Shown: positions 26,314 to 51,120, counted from the stretch's first letter. The stretch: DNA of 64,000 bases from Piromyces finnis finn (GCA_002104945.1 MCFH01000011.1:62001-126000); one strand, 5' to 3'. The notes: generated by a model from the sequence alone, not told the origin. A program made the numbers and translations.

Positions 26314-29084
26314 AAATTCTTTAATTTTTTTTTAAAATTTATTTTGTAAAATTGTAGATATTAAATTAGTCTATGTATTATTATTTAAGTCATTTACTTT
26401 ATTATAATGCTTTTTTTTTCTTTTATTTATTTTTAATTATTAATGATATACATTAATATACCATTTACATCATAGTATTGAATATAAAACGTTAGCAATA
26501 AGTGTAATTTATTGAAAAACAAACAATTTTTAATGTATTATAAATAATAATTATTATCTAATCTTTAAAGAAGCATTCTTATTTTTTTTTAAAAAAAGAA
26601 ACATATATATTAATAAATAAATATTGAATTTTAAAATTCAGAGTTTTATAAAAGTATGAAAAGTGCTATTGCATGAATAAAATTTTTAAATATATGATAT
26701 ATAGTTGTTATTGTAATCTACCTATAGAATTTGTTTTTACAAAACTAAAATATGTATTATAAAATATTTAAAAGTATACATAAAAATAAAATTTACTATT
26801 ATGAAATATCATTTTATTTAAAAATATAATCAATATTGTTTATTATCATTGTTATATTTATTTTTCAAGTATGAATTTAAAAGCAATAGTTTCAATATTT
26901 TTCATAAATCATTTTTAAAATAATTAGTTATATATATAATTTTTTAAATGAAAATATATTCTCATTAAAATAAAAATCTTCATTATACAAGTTAAATAAT
27001 ACTTATGGATAAATTATATATTATTATTACTAATCTTAATTTTAATATTTTTTTTTTTAAAATAATAAAATTCACACTTTTATAACTTTTAAATTATTAT
27101 AATAGTAATCACTGGTAAACTATTACATTAGCCAAGTTTTTCTTTTTATTACTTTTTTTAATTGTAAGCACAACAGCTGTAATGTATTTAATATGAATGA
27201 TATCAATTAATTTTAATACTACTTTTCAAAAGAATAAAAAACAAAAAACAAAAACAAAAAAACCTTAATTCGATTATAGTTTAAGATTCATTTCTAATAA
27301 AAATATTAAAAAAAAAAAAAAAATTAAACAAAATAATTCATTTTTAAATAATAAAGTAATAATCTAAATTTAATATATATATATTTTACATTTGATAAAT
27401 CTACAACTTTTTACTAATAGTTGAATTATTAAGAAATATCTTTTTAAAGCGAATATAGAATATATATATATATTTGCTATTAGTTATGTTGAATAATATG
27501 GTTAATAATATTTATTTCTTTTAAATATTTTTTAATATAATACTTTATTTTTAAATAAAGTTTTTTAAGTTTAATTTTTTATAATAAAAAAAAAGAATAA
27601 TTAATAATTATGTTTTGATTATTTTAGTGAAAATATTAAAAAACAAGATAAACAAACAAATATTAATAAAATAAAACAAAACAAAATGAAAAAAAAAGTA
27701 TAAAATAACCTAATTTATTTGTTATTTTTTTAACTTTTCTGATTAAATTATTCGTTTTTGAAGTCTCCAAATTCATTTTAATAAAAACATTTTTTTTAAC
27801 TCCGACATTAATTTTATTTTTTTTATTAAATTTCCTTTATAGTATTTTATAAACAATAGAAATATTATAAACAATTATTATTATTATTATTTTTTTTCAT
27901 AATAACATATATATATAAAATTTCTTTATACAGTATATTAAATTTTAAGAAAACTAATTTATTATAAAATGGATTTTTAAAACAGACGCTTTAAATAAAA
28001 GAAATTGTTTATTAAAGATTAATAAATACTAAGAAAAAATTATATAATTTGAAAAGTTTTGTTTATATATTTAATGCTGTCGTACTATTTTCCTATTTTA
28101 TTTATGAATATTTTTGAAAATATATATATATATTAAATAACAAAAAAATTAAATTGTTTAACTTTTGAAGTAATTAAAAAAAAAAAAACAAAAAAAAAAA
28201 AAAAAACATAATCTTTCTCCAATATTTATTTTCCTTTTATATTGTTAATGTAAATGATCTAGTCAAATGAAGCATCATGATACTACTATATTTATAAAAT
28301 TATTATGGTTTCCTTTTAATACTATTCAATATTTAAAATCATATCCATAAATATATAATGAATGACCTTTTTAATTAAAGTATCATTTTTAACAATAATA
28401 TATATAAATAATAAATAATTATTTACAGGATTAATTAAATTTAAAATGAAAGATAATAAATTAAGAGTGTATATAACTTAAAAATGTTTAAAATTCTATA
28501 TTTAAACAATTTTATATTGTAATAATAATGAATGAATAAATGATATATATTGTTTAAATAGATCCAAGTATTAATATGCATATTATATACATAAACTAAT
28601 GAAATATATATCTTGTAATATAATATTACAAGTAAATGTAATAAATGTTAAGTATAGTTTATTGATAACAATTATTAATATTAGTTAAAGTTTATAGAGT
28701 TTAAGAATAATTGAATATTATTATTCAGTAATATTGTAATATTATCAAAAGTATTATTAAATACATTATCAAATAATCATTGGTTTTGAATTGTAAAAGT
28801 TTTAAACATATAAAATATTATTTAATAACCTTTTTTTTATCGATTATGTATTTTATTAATATACATTTTAACCCAAATGGTTTTTTATTAAAATTATATA
28901 GTAAAAATTATAATAATTAAATAAATTTATTATTTAATATTACATTATATATATATAAAACCTTTTTTTCCTTTTTTTACTTTTTTTTTTTCTTCTTTTC
29001 TTTTTTTTTTAAAATTTTTTTTTTAAAAAACCTTTATACATAGATTGATCAAAATATGTATAAATATTGTTGTATATAGTTATA

Positions 29085-29127
<43 letters not shown>

Positions 29128-29700
29128 AGATATTTATAAACCATTAAAAAAATATAAAGCATCAATCTATGATTTAATATTTAATTAAATAAAAAAATAT
29201 ATATATAAAAAAAAACAATTATAATATATATAAATATATAAATAATCGATTAATTCATTTTTAATTGCGTATTATCATTTCCTCAATATTTCCATGTAGC
29301 TATTATGATATAGAAGATAGTAAAAAAAAATTAGAATTCGTATTTTTGTTAATAGCAATTTAATATACCGAATAATATCATCACAATTTAAGCTTAATTT
29401 ATTAATAAAAATATTGATTTATTTATCATTACTTATTACATGATATAAAAAACTATTCTTATTTTAACAAAAAAATAAAATTTCTTAATTAATAGAATAA
29501 AACAAGAAAATCATATATAACTTTCTTATATTAATTTAATCATAATAAATTTATACTTTATAAAAATTTAAAAAAAAGTACATTAAATTTTACTATCAAA
29601 CGTAATAAAAATTAAATTTCTTGTTTAATAATATTAATTATCAAATATATATATTTATAAAAGATTATTTAATAATAGATTATAAAATTATATAATAAAA

Positions 29701-36926
<7,226 letters not shown>

Positions 36927-37807
36927 AATAGATAAAGAAACAATTTATAACAAATACAATCCCTTTATATCGAATAAAATGTTGAAATAAAGCATAAGAA
37001 CCAATTGCCAAAAAAATATATATATATATAAACTATGTAAAATTATCATTCTGAATGGAATAAAAAATTAATTTCTAACCAACTAACAAATAAATCATAA
37101 TAACAAACATTATTAATAATAATAATAACAACAATAACAATAATTCAAAATCAAAAACCGTAAAAAAAAAAAAAAAAGTAAAATAACAAGATATATTATC
37201 ATTAATATAAACAATCTCTATTTGCTATTTATTATAGAGGATTATTTTTTTCTTAATTATTATTAATATTACAAATTACATTTCGTATTTTTTCTTCTTT
37301 TTCTTTTTTTCTTTTTTTAATTATTTTTAAATATATTTTAAATAGTTATTTAAAAAAAAAAGATATTATAATTATATTAAAATATTGTTACTTTAAAAAA
37401 ATGATACCCTTTTTTAATTATTTTACTCTATATATTTAATATTTAATATTACTTATTTAAATCATAGTATTATTATTTACGTATATTAATATGTATTATA
37501 CCCAAGAACATACTTAAATATATTTAAAAATATATATAATTTCACTAATTAATATTCATTATTATTAATTTTTTTGATATGTAAGCATAATATTTATTTA
37601 CTTTTTTACTAATTATTTAATTCTTTCTTTTTTTATCAATTAAAATGTAAAAACATTAAGCAAAAAAAAAAAAAAAAATTAAAAAATAAAAAAATATTAA
37701 ATACACATTTTTGTTGTTAATATTATATATATAATTAAGATGTTTAATGCATTTTTTTTTTTTTTTTTTTTTCATTTTTTATTATAATATTCATTTTAAT
37801 TATTAAA

Positions 37808-41062
<3,255 letters not shown>

Positions 41063-41510
41063 TATCAATTTTTAATATATATATATAAATATTTATTATA
41101 TTTTTTTTTTTTTAAATAATTTCAATTTTATTTTTTAAAAATTAACCAGGTTTATATTTATTATTGATATATTTTATTTCTTTTATTGATTTAACGTAGT
41201 ACATAATTACTCAATTATTAAAAAAATATTAAAATTTCGAAGCGATAAATTTAGCTGAATTTATGAAAGACTCTTTTATATATTTTCTAATGGTTATCCC
41301 ATAAAAAAAATTTAATTCTATTTTTATTAATAAAAAAAAAAAATTTTTTTTTTAAAAATCCAATTTTATTTTTGAAGAAACAATAATATATTTCATAGGA
41401 TAAAACATAGATATAAGTATTAATATGCTTATTTTTTTTTTATTTAAAAAAAGACAATTATATAAAAACCAACAAGTATAGATATATAGCGTTAATATTT
41501 AGTTTATTCT

Positions 41511-42123
41511 TTATTTTATTCTTACTTTTTTATTTATATTTTTACATGATATATCTTTTTTAATAAAACTAGAAATAAAGAAACCAATAGTATCATCTTT
41601 GAAACATATACTATCCCCAGGATCAAATCTTAGAGTATATTGATTAATTTTCTGAACAATAGATGGTGATACTGCAATTGATTTTTGCTCATCTATATCA
41701 TCTATATTTTTAAAATTAATATTTTTTATTATAATTTTCTCTTTTGCAAATGAGGATCGTTCTCTTAGATTTTCTAATTTCATATCTTTAAAATTTTCTA
41801 AAATCCATGCAACTTGCTCTTCATTTTCTTTTGGATTAAATGTACTTTTTTTTTTTTTTAGAAAAAAGAAAATAAAACAATTAAAATAAATATAATATTA
41901 TTCTTAATAATAATAAATAAATAAATAGAAAAAAAAGGTTAATTACCATGTAGAAAAAACCATTCTACCACCAGGTTTTAATAATCGATGGGCAACTTTT
42001 ATTAATGGTCTTTGATAGGAATGGAATGTTAACAAATTCTCAATTGTCATGTCACATAAAAACATTGGTCGTTGCCCTATACAATATATAATTTACAGTA
42101 TATATATAACGATTTATAAATTG

Positions 42124-42175
<52 letters not shown>

Positions 42176-42269
42176 TTATTCTTATTCTTATTCTTATTCT
42201 TATTCTTATTATTCTTATTCTTATTATTATTATTATTATTCTTATTATTCTTATTATTCTTATTATTAA

Positions 42270-42342
<73 letters not shown>

Positions 42343-44613
42343 AATTACTTAAAAATAGTATTACCTAATGCTGAACATGGTGGATCTAATAATATGGCAT
42401 CAAAAGATTCATCAGGGAAAATTGAACAACGAACATTTTGCAAATGATTAATTTTTTTATTTAAAATCATGTAGTCATCGTCTTTATGTTTTATTTTATA
42501 TATATATATATATTAAAAAAGAGTGTGTTATTGTTTAGATAGTTTAAATTAAAATGTGAAAAAAAAATAATAAATGCAAATTATATTAATAGAGCAATAT
42601 ACCATCTATTATATTTTTAATAGTCGATTTTTTTATTTGATTTATAGGTATTTTGTTTTTATCAGTAGGAAGATATTGCATCACTGTATCATATGAAAAT
42701 TGATTATTAGTTATATTTAACATTTCCATAATTAATTCTGGTTTTTTTAATGATAAACAATCCTCTTTTGTTAATTGAGAAGCAAGTTTTGTTGCATCAA
42801 CATTATATGCTTTTATTGATGTAAAATCATGTTTTTTCAATATTTTATTTAATGATACAATTTTTGGAAATGATTTATCGAAAGCTATGATTTTAGCCTA
42901 AAATCAATAGTTAACATTTATGATATAAATATAAAATAATAATATATAATATTATTAAATGAAGTAAAAGATACCAATTATATTTCTTTTTTATATACCT
43001 TATTTTTTGTTATGTTAGCTATATGCATAGTTTTTCCACCAGGTGCTGAACACATATCTAATATAAGTTGATTTTGCTTTGGATTTAATATTTCTGAACA
43101 CAAAAGAGACGGAAGGTTTTGAAGAAATACTCTATCATCAATAGTTTTGTCAGATCCAAATGATGGTGATCTATATATTGTATCGATCATTTTAACACCC
43201 ATACCTTGTAATTCTTGTGGCGTTTTTGAAAATATATCATTTCTATTCTTTTTTTTTTTATTGTTGTTTATTATTAATACAATAATAATACAAATTAATT
43301 AAAAGTCAATGTTTATAATTATCAAGTCATTAATAACAAATAAACATGTAATAATAATAATAATAATAATAATATATATATATATATTTAAATAAATTTA
43401 TAGTTTAATTTTTTAAATAACATACGACTAAAATCTGACCATTTCCAACGTAAATAAGGTTCGTTTCATAAGGTTCACATGATCCTCTTAAAACCTTACT
43501 GTCAATATCAATATATATTGAGACATAGTCATACATTTCAACTTTATATTAAACAAATAGTTGGTTTAATATTATATTTTTAATAAAATAATTTGTTATT
43601 GCTTATACTCATTTAAATATATCTATCTATAGAAGTTTTTAAAAATTTTATGTTATATATTACCATTTTGAGACATAGCTAATAATCCTGGCTTTATTAA
43701 TATATTAAATGAATGGATTTAAAATTTAAAAAAAAATACAAATTATATATGTAATGTAATACTAATTCCTTATTAATTATACCTACAGCATAGATATCTG
43801 AACCACGTAATACAGACTTTCCACAAGAAACATCAATGATTACCTCTATAATTATATTTTATAGATTTAAAAAATAAAATTCGTGAATTACTAAAAAACA
43901 TTTACATAAAATAACTTTACATATATATAACATTTCCATATAAAGTTGAATGATTAATTTTACTTTTTTCATATCTTTTATAACTTTCAAAAGTATCCTT
44001 ATCTATGTTTTCTACAGGGAAGCATAATACTTGATTGGATAATTTATCAAATGGGCATTTCTGAATTTTCATTTTTTTCCATTGCTTTTCTTCATATTGC
44101 TAATATATATATTTTTTTAAAAAAATAAAAATAAAAATCATTATTAATATTAAATTATTAGTTTTTTTTTATGGTCTAATTAATTATTATATATTTTTTT
44201 TGAAATTATTATTATTTTTAGGTCTATTATTTTATATAAATGTTTCGAAAAGTGAAATTTTATCAATTTTAGATTTCAATAGATTTTAGAATTAAATTTC
44301 TTGAAAACTAATAAGAAATTTAAAATTACCAATATATATATATATAAATAAAAACAAAAATTTTAAAAAAGAAAAAAAAAAAGGTAAATACTTTATCTAT
44401 GAATTGTTGAATATCTTCTTTGAAACTATCAATATCAGCAATATCAGCGGTCTCGTTATTTTCACAATTGTTAGATTTTGCTTGACGAAAATAGGTTGTT
44501 AATGGAGGTGTTGCTAATGCCTTACAAATATTTTCATAATGAGATTCTGTAAAATATTTCTTAAAATGTTGTTCAACCTCTTCTCTAAATTTTATGGGTT
44601 TAAAATACTCCAT
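41511..44613 (-). CDS. NSUN6: NSUN6-like RNA cytosine-5 methyltransferase (PUA plus RsmB/NOP2 SAM domain)
   Basis: Spliced exons give LATPPLTTYFR, VIIDVSCGKSVLRGSD (PUA), QNLPSLLCSEIL...ILDMCSAPGGKTMHIA, FDAILLDPPCSALGQRP (motif IV) and LLKPGGRMVFSTCTFNPKENE (motif VI Cys assembled across the intron). The GQRP after DxPCS is characteristic of NSUN6. Confidence 0.88.
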
Positions 44614-45652
44614 TTTAAATTTTTTAAATGAGAATGGTTTATATAAAATTATAGTTTTTTTTTTTTATATAAAAAATTAAAATGTCACCAAATTGTTTAT
44701 GATTCTTATTATTTATTGATGGAAAAATGTAAAGTTAAATTTTTGGAAAGTTAAGGTTCAAGTGTGGGTAGGTGTGCATATTTTTTTTTTTTTTATTATA
44801 TTTTTTATTATGTTTTTTTTTTTTTTTTAATAATAGAAATAAAAAATGGTTGTAAATGTTATGGTAATATGTTATCAAAGGAATTTAAAGTATTATTTTA
44901 TGACTAATAAAAGAGGTATCTACTTAATTATTTATATTAATAAATGCGCTAACATTCAAGTTAATTCTAGTTGATAATTAATGTAAATTTTATATAGAAA
45001 GATGAATTATTAGTATAACTCATTCTTTATATTATAAATCCCATTATATCATAAACATACAAGTTTAAATATAAAGTATTATTAATACCTTTTAATATAT
45101 CATGCATTTTTTTTTGAACCATTATTATTATTTGTGAACCTTATCACTACTGAAACCACCACTACTATTAATGATAATAATAGAAATAGTAATACTACTA
45201 TTAACAAATTCATTTTTAGATATTCTTTAGTTTTAAGATAATTATGAATTCTAGGATTAAACCTTTAAAATCGTAAATACTTTTTAAAAAGGATTAAAGA
45301 AAAAAAAAAACTTTATACTTTATATGTACATATTTTTTCAATAACACTATAACTTTTAAATATTAAAAATGGTTTGGTTATACTTTTTTTTTTTTTATTT
45401 CTTAAATATCTATTTTTATTTACTATATATTTTTTTTTTCTTTTGACTATTTATGAAAATATTACTAATACGATTTTTTTTTTTTCTTACTTTCTATTTA
45501 CTTAATTATTTACATTTATTTTATAAAAAATTAAGATATCTATTGTTCTTTAACGGGTACCCTAATATTTTTATATATATATATATTTCTATAAAACTTT
45601 CTTTTTTAAATTTTGTTATTTATTTTTATATTATTCGAACTCTATAGCCTTC

Positions 45653-46241
45653 TTATGATTCTTCAACATAGTCGACATACCATTCACAGAATTCTATTTT
45701 TTTTTCCGAAAAATAATTATTAATAAAAAAACAAAACAAGAATGTTATTATTATTATTATTAATAATGGTAAAATATAATAAATTAATAATTTATTGTTC
45801 GAGTTTCTATTAATTTCTAAAATAATTACCTCTTTCAGAAATTTGGCCATTACCGTTATCATCGATTTCAAGGAAAAGTTTTCTAATTTCTTTTAAAGAC
45901 ATTTCAACACCTAAGTTGTCATTGACAACAGCACTAAGTTCTTTTTTTTTTTTTTATATTAAAAAAATATTAATTTATATAATTATATAATTAATACTTT
46001 GATATTTTATTTATCTTTTTACTTTTATTTTTAAAACTATATTGTTTTACCTTTGTATTGAAGGGTTCCATTTCCATTTCTATCTTGTTGTCTAAAGAAG
46101 CGACTAGCTCTTAACATTTTTGGGATTAAATCTTCTGGAAGATTATTTGGTAATACATATGGTTCATTCTTTTTGTATGGACAGCTGTAAGTGTAGTGTG
46201 ACTTTATAATAATAATAATAATAAAGATATAAATAACAATT

Positions 46242-46308
<67 letters not shown>

Positions 46309-46679
46309 TGTTGTAATAAATAATAAATATAAAAAATATATTAATTATATTTATAAATTTATATAAAAATTTAGTATGATTTCATTGAAACTTTATTCTT
46401 TATTTTTATTATAGTTTTCATATACTTTAATAGTTATTTCATTATTATTTCGTTATTATTATAGTACAAATAGTCTAGTCTAGTCTAGTCTAGTCTAGTC
46501 TAGTTTTTTTTCTCCTTGTTGTTATATGAATAACATTCTTTTTATTTAGGTTTTTTTTTTGTAATATCATTGCCTAGTATTTAAATGAAAGAAACTTTAT
46601 TGAATCTTTATATTCCTTTTTTTCATAAGATTTTTTATTAATATAAAAGGTTTAACTATTGAAATTAGAAACTTACCAT
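45653..46679 (-). CDS. Small two-EF-hand calcium-binding protein (101 aa, 4 exons)
   Basis: Exons 46679-46677 (ATG only, followed by GTAAGT), 46201-46051, 45940-45830 and 45693-45653 splice in consistent phase. They give MSHYTYSCPYKKNEPYVLPNNLPEDLIPKMLRASRFFRQQDRNGNGTLQYKELSAVVNDNLGVEMSLKEIRKLFLEIDDNGNGQISEREFCEWYVDYVEES*, with two canonical EF loops. Confidence 0.85.
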
Positions 46680-47876
46680 CTTTATTATTGTTGAATAACT
46701 TTTTAAATTTCAAAGTTGAATTATTGAAAAATAATAAAAATAAGTGAAAGTAAATAAAATCTTTTTTGATTATATACACCTCAAAAAATAAATGAATAAT
46801 ATTATAATGATTTAAATAAATAATTAATTTATTAAAATAAGTAAATAAATATATATTAATTATTTAAATAAACAGCAATATATTATAAGTGTACTATATT
46901 TATATATTATATTATATCATATTATCTATTAATAATAAAATTTTATTTTTAAAAACTGTAATATAATAGAATATATTCTAATATATATTATAATTATTAT
47001 ATCATATGAAAATGACAGAAAAGTATAATTAAGAATTATTCATTATTTTTTTATAAAATGATAATACTAATAATAATAATAATAATAATCAAAAAAAAAA
47101 AAAGAAATGTAGGTAATTAAAGCTATAATAAACTAATTATTTAGTTTCTAAAGCGATAAATGTAGCATTAATCCAAAGTTGACTGTTGAATAATAATGCT
47201 TTTTTTTATATTTTCTTTTTAGGTGCATTCTATTTTTAGATTTATTAAACAAGTTAAAGTAATATTGAATTAAATTATTTATATATTCACTTATTTATGA
47301 TTTAAATATTTATTTAGTTAATATTTATATATCCATTTACTTTTATAATAATAATTAAAATTAATTAAATTTGGAAATGTATTATCAATATATTAATTTA
47401 TATTTTAATATATATTTAATTGAAATGTCAATAATACTATAAATTAAAAGTGTAGGTAGACTAAATTGAAAAATAATAAAATAATAGTAATAATAATAAA
47501 AAAACCTTGTATATATATAACTAAATGTAAATAAGAAATATTACTTGTCTTTTATATTTTTATTGAGAAATTATTATTCTTTTGAACTAAATTCCATTGT
47601 AATCCATCCACTTTTTTATTTTTTTAAAAAATTAAAATAAAATTATTTCCAAGTAATTTCTAAAATTAAAAAAGTTTATTCTTAAAGTAATTAAAACTTT
47701 ATTTATAATGATAGGATAATGACATACAAATAACAACAATCGCACAATAGGCACTAAATGTGAGGATTATAAAGATGATGAATAATAAATAACAATGACA
47801 ATAACGATAGTAATAATAACAATACCAATGATGAGAATAATAAAACTAATAATGAAGATAATAATGCTAATGATGA

Positions 47877-47926
<50 letters not shown>

Positions 47927-50729
47927 GTAGAAGAAGTAAAACTAATGATGAGGATAATGATAATGGATATTAATATTATTAATAATAATAATTAATGGTT
48001 ATACAATTAGTGATAATATTTTTGATAGTGTTTTTTAATTATTTTAAAAAAAAAGTGGTGTATCTACAACTATAAACTATATTTTTTTTAGTAAATAATT
48101 AGACAAATATTAATAATAATAAAAAGAGATATTTGTTTCTTCATATTCTATATATTCTATATTCTATATACATTATACTCATAGAATAAATTATCTCAAA
48201 CAATTTTTATTCATTTACATTATTTCACCTATTCCAATTGATCCGACCTATTATACTATAGAAGTTATTTACCTACAATTTATTCATATGCTTTATTATC
48301 CAATTTTATATATTTATTATTATTCTACCTTTTGATTCTATTTTTAAAAATAAAAGGTTTCTTTCTTTCTTTTTTTTTTTTTTAATAAAATATATAATAA
48401 ACGTTTTTTTTCTTGGTTAAAAAACGACCTCTTTCAATCCACTTTTAGTGGTGACGTTTATTTCTGTTTAATTTTTTTATTCTAATCCACACAAAAATAA
48501 ATATAAATTTGTGTAACCCTTTTTAATTAATATTTTCTAAGCAAATAAAATTCCCTCAAACTTGTTTTAAACAAATAGAAATAATATATTTAATATATGA
48601 ATAAAATATAATTTTAATTGAATAAATATAAAGCATACCAATAAATTATATATATTATATATATTCTACAATTGAATATAATATATGTTACAATATTATT
48701 ACTTTTAAATCATCCATTTAATTATTGATAAAAAGAGAAGTAAAGAGAGAATAATCATAGCATAAAGTAATAATACATAATAATAATAATAATAATAGCA
48801 TCACAAGATACAGGATAGTAGAGATGGTAATAGCAAGATGAGATATTACTATAAGTAATACGTAATACTATTCCATTTATAACTATGGCAATAATGATGA
48901 ATACAATCATGAATACCACCACCATTACTACCACCACCATTACTAATAACAGAATATTCTTAATATTAATAATACTATAATTATCTATATAATTACTATT
49001 GCTATAATTACCTCTTTTTATCTTTCCATCCTTCTATCCAACTCTACAATGTCACTCTTTACTACTGAATTATAACATTCAGCCTTTTTAGTAATGCACT
49101 TCTCATGGTATAATACATTCAGAAGCACCACCACCATCAACCATGATAAATTCAAAGTTATCCTAGATTTACCACTCACGTGATCACATCAGAATTAGTC
49201 ATAATAGGAAGGTGTCAAGGCAAGGTGTTTACCTACAAAAGATAAAAGATACACCGCTAATTGAGAAGATGGTAGTAATAAAATAAGAATAAGAAAATAT
49301 ACATCATTTTTATTTTTTAAAAAAAAAATGAATTGTAATTATTGATATTCATTAGTTTAAATTTATTTAGAAAATAGGTTCAACGGACAAATCCATGGCA
49401 TGACATAGTGAATTATAATTTCATATTCTTTTTGCCATATTGATAAATAACATTCCTATTGATTTTTTTTTATTTCAATCAAATTTTATATTATTTAAAT
49501 ATAATTAAAAGGATTATTTGAAATTTGAAATAGTAAAGTTAAAAAAAAAAAACAAACTTCTTCTTCCTACCTTTACAAGTTTTTTTTTTTTAATTAAATA
49601 ATAAGAAAAAAAAAAAGTCCAAAAAAAATTTTTTTTATTAGGATTGATGAAACTTTATAATTAAAAAATATTATTTATTAAAGTTTTGATTTTAATATAA
49701 TTTTTTTTTATTAATAATCTTAAATTCTAAGGAAGAAATAAAAAAAGTTTAGGGAGGGAATGAACCAGAAAAATGACTTTTTTCTTTCTTTATTTTCTAC
49801 CTCTAAAAATAATAAATATTTTTTTTTTTTATTTTTCTATCTTTAAAGTAACATTCCTTTAGAGACAGACACCATTTAAAAAAAAAAAAAAAAGAAAAGG
49901 AAAGGAAAGGAATGAAAAAGGAAACATAATAATTAAAATAAAATTAAATAAAATAAAACCTTTTTTATAAATAGACATTAAAGAAAGAAGAAAGTAAAAA
50001 AAAAAAAAAATTTGTTTTATCATTAGAATAATAAATAAATAATAAAAAAAAGGCAAATAGAAGAGAAACAAAATAAAACTGATTAACAACAATACTAGTT
50101 ATATATATTTATAATAAGTAAACTATATAATAGTAAATATTCTTAATTATAAAATATATATTGTTGTTGATTTATTTTTTAATATTAATTAATTTCATAA
50201 CTATTGGGTGTAAGAAACAATATTTATTAACAAAATATTATAATCCAAATAAATCAAAAACTTGTAATACTTGTGATAGTATATAATAAGGACTAATTAC
50301 TTGGATTCTTGGATAATATTTAAATATTTATTGTATATGGTAATTAAAAAATAAAATTATTATTATAGTATATGGTAGTAGAAACAGCTGCAGTAGATTT
50401 TTTTTATATTTAGTAAATAAATTTGTAGTAAAACCTACTTTAATAAATACTGGCAAATCAAAAAGTAATAGCAATAAATGTGAAATAATGTAAAGTTAAA
50501 GCGACAGCAGTAATAACAATACTGGCAACAATAACAACAACATATATAATTACTATTACATTTGCCACAAAAACAATGATAAAAAAGCTTTTTTTTTTTA
50601 CTATTCTTCAAAGATATAAATCAATTATTAAATAATTAATTAATGGAATGAAAAAATTGAAAAAGTGATTAGAAAAAAGAAAACAAACAAATTTAATCAA
50701 AAATCATATACTGTTTATCCCACTCTATC

Positions 50730-51120
50730 TAATTATAAATATCTTTAGTTATTCGATAGTTACATTCTATTATAAATATTCTAGTTATTCAATAGTTACA
50801 CTCTATTATAAATATCTTTGGTTATTCAATAGTTACATTCTATTATAAATATCTTTGGTTATTCAATAGTTACATTCTATTATAAATATCTTTAGTTATT
50901 CAATAGTTACATTCTATTATAAATATTCTAGTTATTCAATAGTTACACTCTATTATAAATATCTTTGGTTATTCAATAGTTACATTCTATTATAAATATC
51001 TTTAGTTATTCAATAGTTACGCTCTATTTTAAATATCTTTAGTTATTCAATAGTTACGCTCTATTTTAAATATCTTTAGTTATTCAATAGTTACACTCTA
51101 TTATATTAAATATCTTTAGT
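50730..51120. repeat. 36-37-bp minisatellite, ~10.5 copies
   Basis: The TAGTTAC anchor occurs at 50757, 50793, 50830, 50867, 50904, 50940, 50977, 51014, 51051 and 51088. The unit is approximately CTATTATAAATATCTTTAGTTATTCAATAGTTACATT. Confidence 0.95.

Larger units (their letters stand above)
25914..26419. repeat. Right arm of 506-bp inverted repeat (partner 21322..21827)
   Basis: Reverse complement of the left arm with a single mismatch. Confidence 0.95.

Noticed and set aside
21322-26419. SRP copies as 7SL-derived SINEs (retroposition)
   Set aside because: Both copies include ~100 bp of upstream and downstream genomic flank and lack a 3' poly(A) tail or TSD, so this is a DNA-level duplication.
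26420-29700. 3.3-kb interval as possibly containing hidden genes
   Set aside because: Near-pure A/T low-complexity sequence with no exon chain or structured motif found; most likely upstream regulatory DNA of the F-box gene.
49166-49180. TCACGTGA as a point-centromere CDEI element
   Set aside because: There is no CDEII/CDEIII arrangement, and point centromeres are specific to budding yeasts.
50730-51120. 36-37-bp repeats as a CRISPR array
   Set aside because: The units are contiguous with no unique spacers, there are no cas genes, and the context is eukaryotic.
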